A program made the translations under genes and the position numbers. Under the pieces are notes generated by a model. That model did not search any database and was not told the DNA's origin. It worked only from the letters and a program-made list of their open reading frames with translations. From assembly GCA_050015275.1 (NCBI GenBank), contig JBEKBS010000012.1, forward strand, positions 34,786-98,785: a stretch of 64,000 bases of DNA, read 5' to 3'. How positions within the stretch are numbered: the first letter of the stretch is position 1; every line of letters begins with the position of its first letter. This document shows positions 58,588 to 64,000 of this stretch, in pieces. This DNA is from Candidatus Aminicenantales bacterium. Its GTDB lineage: Bacteria > Acidobacteriota > Aminicenantia > Aminicenantales > Saccharicenantaceae.

Positions 58588-61023
58588 TCAGTTGGTCAGG
58601 GGCGGCTCCTTGGGCGCCTCCTCCTCCCCTGCCCGGGCTTTTCGCTCGGTCTCGGCGGCCTTCGCCTCCCGGCCTTCGGGCTTTTTGGGAAGCTCCCTTG
58701 TCAGGGCGATCTTGAGGACCTCGTCCATCGTTTCGACGAGGTGGATGGCCATATTCAGCCTCAGGACCTTCGGCAGGTCCTTCAGGTCGGGTTTGTTGTC
58801 CAAAGGCAGGACGGCCTCCCGGATCCCTTCCCGGAAGGCCGCGAGGAGCTTTTCCTTGATCCCTCCCACAGGCAATACCTTACCCTTCAGGGTGATCTCC
58901 CCGCTCATGGCCACCTTCTTGCTCACCGGAATATCGGTCAGGAGGGAGATGATGGCCGTGGCGATCGTGATGCCTGCCGAAGGGCCTTCCTTGGGGGTCG
59001 AGCCCTCCGGGACGTGGACGTGGATGTCGAAGTTGCGGTGGAGATCCCGGGCGATATCGAGCTCGTAGATCTTGCCGCGGACAAAGCTGAAAGCCGCCTG
59101 GGCCGATTCCTGCATGATCTCGCCCAGCTGCCCGGTCAGGGTGAAGTTCCCCTTGCCGTGGACTTTGTTGGCCTCGAACCTCAGGAGCTCGCCGCCGAAC
59201 TCCGTCCAGGCCATCCCGGTCGACACGCCCACCTCGTCCCTCTTATCGAATTCGGAACGCCGGAACTTGGGGACTCCAAGGAAAGACTCCAGGTTCTTGG
59301 GCGTGACCTTCTCGGCATAATCCTTGCCTTTCTGGACGACCCGCTTCACGACCTTGCGGCAGATCGTTGTGATCTCCCGCTCCAGGCTCCGGACGCCCGC
59401 CTCCCGAGTGTAGCCGCGGATGAGCTTGAGAAGGGACTGGTCGGAAATCTTCAGGTTGGCTTCACTCAGCCCGTGGGCTTCCATCTGCTTGGACAGGAGG
59501 AAGCGCTTGGCGATCTGAAGCTTTTCGTCCTCCGTGTAGCCGGGAAGCCGGATGATCTCCATCCGGTCAAGCAGGGGCTTCGGGATGGGGTCGAGCATGT
59601 TCGCCGTGACGATGAACATGACCTGGGAGAGGTCGAAATCGGTGTCGATGTAATGGTCCAGGAAAGTGCTATTTTGTTCAGGGTCAAGGACTTCCATGAG
59701 GGCCGAGGCCGGGTCGCCGCGGAAATCCATGCTCATTTTGTCCACTTCGTCCAGGAGAAAAACTGGGTTCTTCGTCCCGGCCCGCTTGATCATCTGAATG
59801 ATCCGTCCGGGGTAGGCCCCGATGTAGGTCCGGCGGTGGCCCCGGATCTCGGCCTCGTCCCGGACCCCTCCGAGCGACAGGCGGACAAACTTCCGCCCGG
59901 TCGCCCGGGCGATGGACTTGCCCAGGGAGCTCTTGCCCACTCCCGGGGGGCCGATGAAGCCCAGGATGACCCCGCGCGGGTTCTTGACGAGCTGCCGGAT
60001 GGACAGGTACTCAAGGATGCGCTCCTTGACCTTGTCGAGGCCGTGATGGTCCTCGTTGAGGATCCTCTCGGCCTCTTTGACTTCCCGCTTCTCGCGTGAT
60101 TTCTTGACCCAGGGAAGGGAGATGAGCCAGTCCAGGTAATTCCGGCTGACGGTCGCCTCGGCGGACATGGGGGGCATGGCCTCCAGGCGCTCGATCTCCT
60201 TGTAGGCCTTCTCCTCGGCGTCGGGCGGCATCTTGGCCTTGGCGACCTTTTGGCGGAGTTCTTCGATCTCGTTCGGCTGGTCTTCCTTCCGGAAATTGGG
60301 GCCCCCCCCGGGCGGGAAGGCCTTCTGCCCCTGTTCTTTCAGGGTGACCCGCCGCCGGTTGGCCCTCTGGGGGTCTTTCTGGTAGGAGGCATGGATCTTC
60401 AGGATCTCGTTCTCCAGGACGTAGTTCAGGCGGCGGAGCCGTTCCAGGCTGTTGGCCGTCTCGAGGAGGTTCTGCTTTTCCTCGAGCGGCATATAGACAT
60501 GAGAGGCGATGATATCCGTGATCCGGTCAGGGGTATTCTCTCTGAGGGCCGGGATGATCGAGTCGAGGTTGGCGTTCTGGATGAGCTTGAGGTAGTCCTC
60601 GAAGAGGGCCAGGACCCTTTTCAGGAGGTCCTTGGACTCCGGCGCGTGGTCGTCCACCTCCTTGATCACCTTGGCCAGGATCTGGTAATAAGGGTAGGTG
60701 CTGAGGTATTCAACGATCCGGGCCCGGCTCTTGCCCTCGACGATGACCTTCATGTTCTTCTCGTCGGATTTGATGGTCCGGATGATCTTGGCCGTGACCC
60801 CCACCGAATAGATGTCCTTGGCCGTCGGGTTATCGATCGAAGCGTCTATCTGGGCGGCGAGGAAGATCATCTTGTCCTTTTCCGCGGCCTTTTCCAGGGC
60901 CTGGATGGAGGAGGAGCGCCCGACGATGAAGGGGACGAGGGTCGCGGGAAAGACCACGAGATCCCTCAGGGGAATGAGGGGGATGTTCCTGAGGACCTCG
61001 GAATGCTCGCTGGAATCCTGCAT
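58588..61023 (-). CDS. lon: ATP-dependent Lon protease (LonA)
   Basis: 811 aa with a LON N-domain (IPLIPLRDLVVFP), Walker A GPPGVGKSS and the protease Ser motif PKEGPSAGIT. Confidence 0.95.
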   Translation of the reverse strand: MQDSSEHSEVLRNIPLIPLRDLVVFPATLVPFIVGRSSSIQALEKAAEKDKMIFLAAQIDASIDNPTAKDIYSVGVTAKIIRTIKSDEKNMKVIVEGKSRARIVEYLSTYPYYQILAKVIKEVDDHAPESKDLLKRVLALFEDYLKLIQNANLDSIIPALRENTPDRITDIIASHVYMPLEEKQNLLETANSLERLRRLNYVLENEILKIHASYQKDPQRANRRRVTLKEQGQKAFPPGGGPNFRKEDQPNEIEELRQKVAKAKMPPDAEEKAYKEIERLEAMPPMSAEATVSRNYLDWLISLPWVKKSREKREVKEAERILNEDHHGLDKVKERILEYLSIRQLVKNPRGVILGFIGPPGVGKSSLGKSIARATGRKFVRLSLGGVRDEAEIRGHRRTYIGAYPGRIIQMIKRAGTKNPVFLLDEVDKMSMDFRGDPASALMEVLDPEQNSTFLDHYIDTDFDLSQVMFIVTANMLDPIPKPLLDRMEIIRLPGYTEDEKLQIAKRFLLSKQMEAHGLSEANLKISDQSLLKLIRGYTREAGVRSLEREITTICRKVVKRVVQKGKDYAEKVTPKNLESFLGVPKFRRSEFDKRDEVGVSTGMAWTEFGGELLRFEANKVHGKGNFTLTGQLGEIMQESAQAAFSFVRGKIYELDIARDLHRNFDIHVHVPEGSTPKEGPSAGITIATAIISLLTDIPVSKKVAMSGEITLKGKVLPVGGIKEKLLAAFREGIREAVLPLDNKPDLKDLPKVLRLNMAIHLVETMDEVLKIALTRELPKKPEGREAKAAETERKARAGEEEAPKEPPLTN

Positions 61024-61151
61024 GATTTACGCTCCGGGCCCGCCGGGGCCCCCGACCGCCTCTGACGCGGAGCTCAGGAGATCAAATCGGAGCCCGCTTT
61101 TATTGGTTATCTATTGAGCTCAAGGGAAATCTGAGCATATGAACGATCAAG

Positions 61152-62426
61152 TCACTTAATTATAGCGTTTTTCACCAAAAAGTCAACTGTTTTGCGGAAG
61201 AGCAGGGTTTCCTGGATCTCCTCGCGGCGGTTCTCCCTGGCGATCACGTCCTCGAGGTATTTCTCGGGGACCCCGTTGGCCTGGGCCAGGGCCTTGATCT
61301 CCGACTGGATCTCTTCGTCGGAAACCTCGAAACCCTCCTGGCGGGCGATCTTCTCCAGGATGAGGTGGTTCGTCAGGTGCTCGACAGCCTGGCCCCTGGC
61401 CTGGCCCTTGAGTCCCTCAAGGGCGTCGGCGGGGATCCGGGGCTGCCGGGCGGCGCTCAGCATCCGCTTGAGGACACTCAGGGTTTCGTGTTCGAGGACG
61501 GACTCGGGGAGCTCCAGGGAGACCTTCTTGGCGATCTCCCGCAGGACGGCCGAGGCGGTGGCGTTCCGGCCAGCCCGCTCCCGGGCTTCCAGGAGCTCCT
61601 TCCGGACCTTTCCCTTGAGGTCGCTGAGGTCGGCATAATCGCCCGCAGCCTTGGCGAATTCGTCGTTGAGCTCCGGGATCTTCTTCTCCTTGATCTCGCT
61701 GACCTTCAGGGTGTATTCGATCTCTTTCCCGGCCACGCGCTTGTTGGCATGGTCCTTCCCGTGGGAGACCCGGAAAACGCGCTCTTCCCCTGGTTTCTGG
61801 CCCTTGATGGCTTCGTTCAGGGCAGGCTCGTTATCAGAGTGGCCGGCCACGACGACGGCCTTCTCGACGGGGAGGAACCGTTTGGTATTGAGGTCCTTCC
61901 CATGGATCTCGGCCGCCACATAATCCCCGTCCGCCACTCCCCTGCCCGCCACCGGGATATATTCAGCCGTCCTGGCCTGGATCTCCTCCAGGGCCTTCTC
62001 GACCTCGGCCTCGTCGACGGCGGCCTGGTGTTCCTGGACCTGGACGCTCCGGTAGTCGGGGAGATCGAAATCCGGCAGGACTTCAAAAGCCACCGTGCAG
62101 CGCAGGGCTTGGCCGTGTTCGTGGCGGAGGTCACGGATCTCGGGGACGTTGACCGGATTCAGGCCGTGGGCCTTGAGCTCCTCGCCGAGGACCTTGGGGA
62201 CGAGCTCGTCGTAGACGTCATGAAGGATGTCATGGTCAAAAAGGCGCCTGACCATGTCCTTGGGGGCATGCCCTTTCCGGAAACCGGGGAGCTTGACCCG
62301 GCCGGCGTAATCGCCGAGGACCTTCATGTATTCCCTCTCGACCTCCTCGGACGGGATCTCGAGCTCGATCTCTTTGCGGCTCGGACTTTTATCGAGGAGG
62401 CGGTTCTTCTTGTCCTGTTCGCTCAT
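61152..62426 (-). CDS. tig: trigger factor
   Basis: 424 aa with the ribosome-binding motif region (GFRKGHAPKDMVRR), a central FKBP-type PPIase-like segment and a C-terminal helical arm. Confidence 0.9.
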   Translation of the reverse strand: MSEQDKKNRLLDKSPSRKEIELEIPSEEVEREYMKVLGDYAGRVKLPGFRKGHAPKDMVRRLFDHDILHDVYDELVPKVLGEELKAHGLNPVNVPEIRDLRHEHGQALRCTVAFEVLPDFDLPDYRSVQVQEHQAAVDEAEVEKALEEIQARTAEYIPVAGRGVADGDYVAAEIHGKDLNTKRFLPVEKAVVVAGHSDNEPALNEAIKGQKPGEERVFRVSHGKDHANKRVAGKEIEYTLKVSEIKEKKIPELNDEFAKAAGDYADLSDLKGKVRKELLEARERAGRNATASAVLREIAKKVSLELPESVLEHETLSVLKRMLSAARQPRIPADALEGLKGQARGQAVEHLTNHLILEKIARQEGFEVSDEEIQSEIKALAQANGVPEKYLEDVIARENRREEIQETLLFRKTVDFLVKNAIIK

Positions 62427-62501
62427 GGCTGCTCTCTTTCACGGTTCATGCCCGCAGGAGAGGTCCCCGGATATCCGGCGGGCACGCCGGGGCGCCAAGA
62501 A

Positions 62502-62586
62502 TAGGCAGGGCGGGAATCGAACCCGCACTCCTTCATCAGGAACTAGGTCCTAAGCCTAGCGCGTCTGCCAATTCCGCCACCTGCCC
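62502..62586 (-). tRNA. tRNA-Leu (anticodon TAG), type II with long variable arm, no encoded CCA
   Basis: Hand-folded from the minus strand: acceptor GGGCAGG/CCTGCCT (G1-U72 wobble), D-arm GCG-GAATTGGCAGA-CGC, anticodon stem-loop CTAGG-CTTAGGA-CCTAG, a long variable arm and T-arm GCGGG-TTCGATT-CCCGC. Confidence 0.85.
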
Positions 62587-62789
62587 TTTATCAGCAATCA
62601 TCTCATTTTAAATAAATTAAAGGTCATTTGGCGCCGAATCCGGAATTCCCCCCCTCCTTGGGCGGGGGACTCTCAGTGTGGATGTCCAGGCCTCTTTTTT
62701 AACACAGACGGCCCGTCCTGTCAATTTCCGGGCCGGGCCGAAGCTCCCTCACACCGCCCTCAGGCCGGAAGCCGTCCCGCCTCTTACCA

Positions 62790-62882
62790 TATCTGTCCGG
62801 ATGCGGACAGCCCCGGCTCACGCCCGATTTGTCCAGATCCGGGCAGCCCCGTCTCTTGGCGGGGCAGTCCCGCTTCTTAGCG
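62790..62882. repeat. degenerate ~37-bp tandem repeat with partial flanking copies (core GGRCAGYCCCGNCTC)
   Basis: The units 62790-62826 and 62827-62863 share about 22 of 29 aligned core positions. Related cores start at 62767 (GGAAGCCGTCCCGCCTCTT) and 62862 (GGGCAGTCCCGCTTCTT). Confidence 0.5.
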
Positions 62883-63000
62883 TGGGCGAATTCTGAGGAG
62901 CGGCCAGCAGAAGTGTTTCGGAGCAGCCCGGAGCTGCATTTCTGGTAAATACCTGAAACGAGTCTCAGATCTTCTTGATCTGCGGATTCCCGCTCCAAGC

Positions 63001-64000
63001 CTAGCGGAGGAACTTCTTCAGCCTATCGGCCAAGGCCGGGTCCAGCGTCGCGAGCTTCTTGTAGATCTCCCTGGCACTGAGGTTGTCCTTGAGGTTGATG
63101 TAGACGATGGCCAGGTTGAACTGGGCGCTCGCGTTCTCCGGCCTGAGGTCGACACACTTTTTCATGGGCTCCAGGGCCCCTTCGAAATCCTTCGCGTACA
63201 TATAGGAGACCCCCAGGCTCAGCCAGCCGCTGGCCTCGTCGGGGGCCAGGCCCGTGTATTTTTTGTAGGCGGTTATGGCCTCTTTGTACTTCTTCTGCTG
63301 AAAATACGCGGAGCCGATCTGGAACCAGGCGTTGGGAAGGTCGGGCTTGATGGCCAGGCACTGCTTGAAGGCTTCGACGGCCTCGTCGAACTTCTGGGCC
63401 TTGAAATACATGAGGCCCAGGTTGTAGATGTTCGTATCGTTCTTGGGGTCGAGGTCGACGATTCTCTTGGCGGGACCGATGGCCTTGTCGTATTTCTCGG
63501 CGGCGTCGTACATCCGGATGGCCATGGAGTAATACGACTTCGCGTCGGCCGGGTTGATCGCCGCCAGGCCATTGTATGTCTCCTCGGCCTTGTCGAGCTG
63601 GCCGGCCTTTTCGTAGGCATCGGCCAGGCTGGTATTCACCTTCAGATCCTTGGGTTGCGCCTTCTGGGCCTCGAGGAAGGCCGCGATGGCGGCGTCGTAC
63701 TGTTTCAGCTGGGTCCGGCAGGCCCCCAGCCTCAGGAACCCAATCCAGGTCACCTCCGGCTTGAGGGCCAGGTATCTTTCATAGGCGTCGGCCGCCTTGG
63801 CCCAGTTCTGGATCGCCTCGTAGGTGTCCCCGAGCTCGAAATAGACCTCTTTATTGGCGATATTCAGGGAGATCGCCTTTTCATAAGCCTCGGCGGCTTC
63901 CTGGTATTTCGTCGTCCTTTTCAGGACATTCCCGAGACCGAAAAAGGCGTCGGCCCCCGCCCCGTCTTGGGCGGTGACTTGTCGATAGGCTTCGATCGCG
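63001..64000 (-). CDS. TPR-repeat protein, 5' end beyond window
   Basis: The reading frame stays open upstream of the track's GTG at 63753 (..AKAADAYERYLALKPEVTWIG..). It contains multiple 34-aa TPR units (AWFQIGSAYFQQKKYKEAI.., AQFNLAIVYINLKD..). Confidence 0.75.
   Translation of the reverse strand, partial: AIEAYRQVTAQDGAGADAFFGLGNVLKRTTKYQEAAEAYEKAISLNIANKEVYFELGDTYEAIQNWAKAADAYERYLALKPEVTWIGFLRLGACRTQLKQYDAAIAAFLEAQKAQPKDLKVNTSLADAYEKAGQLDKAEETYNGLAAINPADAKSYYSMAIRMYDAAEKYDKAIGPAKRIVDLDPKNDTNIYNLGLMYFKAQKFDEAVEAFKQCLAIKPDLPNAWFQIGSAYFQQKKYKEAITAYKKYTGLAPDEASGWLSLGVSYMYAKDFEGALEPMKKCVDLRPENASAQFNLAIVYINLKDNLSAREIYKKLATLDPALADRLKKFLR

Noticed and set aside
54290-62586. Genomic island integrated at tRNA-Leu and carrying parAB.
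   Set aside because: No integrase is present. I saw no direct repeat of the tRNA 3' end elsewhere; the only shared string is the 8-nt TCGAACCC near 54612. The intervening genes (rho, lon, tig) are core housekeeping genes.
62596-62640. Promoter for tRNA-Leu (TAAAAT at 62610-62605 on the minus strand).
   Set aside because: The -10 hexamer is good, but no acceptable -35 lies at 16-18 nt (GCCAAA or CGCCAA). This is too weak to annotate.
62767-62882. CRISPR array.
   Set aside because: There are only about 4 degenerate copies. The repeats abut one another without unique spacers of regular length, and no cas genes are present.
62699-62998. 99-aa minus-strand ORF with repeated R-D/G-C-P peptide units, and the overlapping plus-strand 72-aa ORF at 62678-62896.
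   Set aside because: The peptide repeat simply mirrors the DNA tandem repeat. The ORF starts with TTG, has no SD, and overlaps hairpins downstream of the TPR gene. There is no family resemblance. A small Cys-rich repeat peptide cannot be fully excluded without expression data.

Overview
GC-rich bacterial chromosomal segment (coding DNA roughly 60-70% GC by eye). It is densely packed with about 55 protein genes and one tRNA-Leu(TAG). I saw no rRNA, CRISPR array, transposase, integrase or recognisable defence genes. Gene calls rest on motifs I recognise in the supplied translations. Start sites were refined by checking the start codon and Shine-Dalgarno sequence in the DNA, because the ORF track also opens ORFs at GTG and TTG. 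Most content is housekeeping: FTCD, two M16 peptidase homologues, metK-ahcY, and a long translationally coupled minus-strand operon (asnS'-rimO-pgpA-cinA-thpR-plsY-gpsA). Also present are nifS, serA plus a class V aminotransferase, purO plus an AICARFT-only purH, parAB, rho, lon and tig. Two functional islands stand out. (1) 48.0-54.3 kb holds an operon of a RACo-type corrinoid activator, a homocysteine-S-methyltransferase-domain protein, a B12-binding protein and a non-pyrrolysine MttB-family methyltransferase, next to an APC permease. Module for module it looks like a disassembled methionine synthase that may take its methyl group from a methylated amine. This is my best candidate for an undescribed system. 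(2) 30.6-39.6 kb holds a GH57-based alpha-glucan operon with a cytoplasmic GAF histidine kinase and a receiver-only response regulator translationally coupled between glgC and a GalT-family gene. Other oddities: an asparaginyl-tRNA synthetase that loses its C-terminal end (class II motif 3) and runs in frame into rimO; an 0.85-kb ORF-free AT-rich region (about 30% GC in its core) with nested palindromes upstream of parA; a 0.47-kb spacer after parB with DnaA-box-like repeats; both M16 homologues lacking HxxEH; and a degenerate 37-bp tandem repeat next to the tRNA. The many long ORFs antisense to recognised genes are GC-driven shadow ORFs and are rejected.
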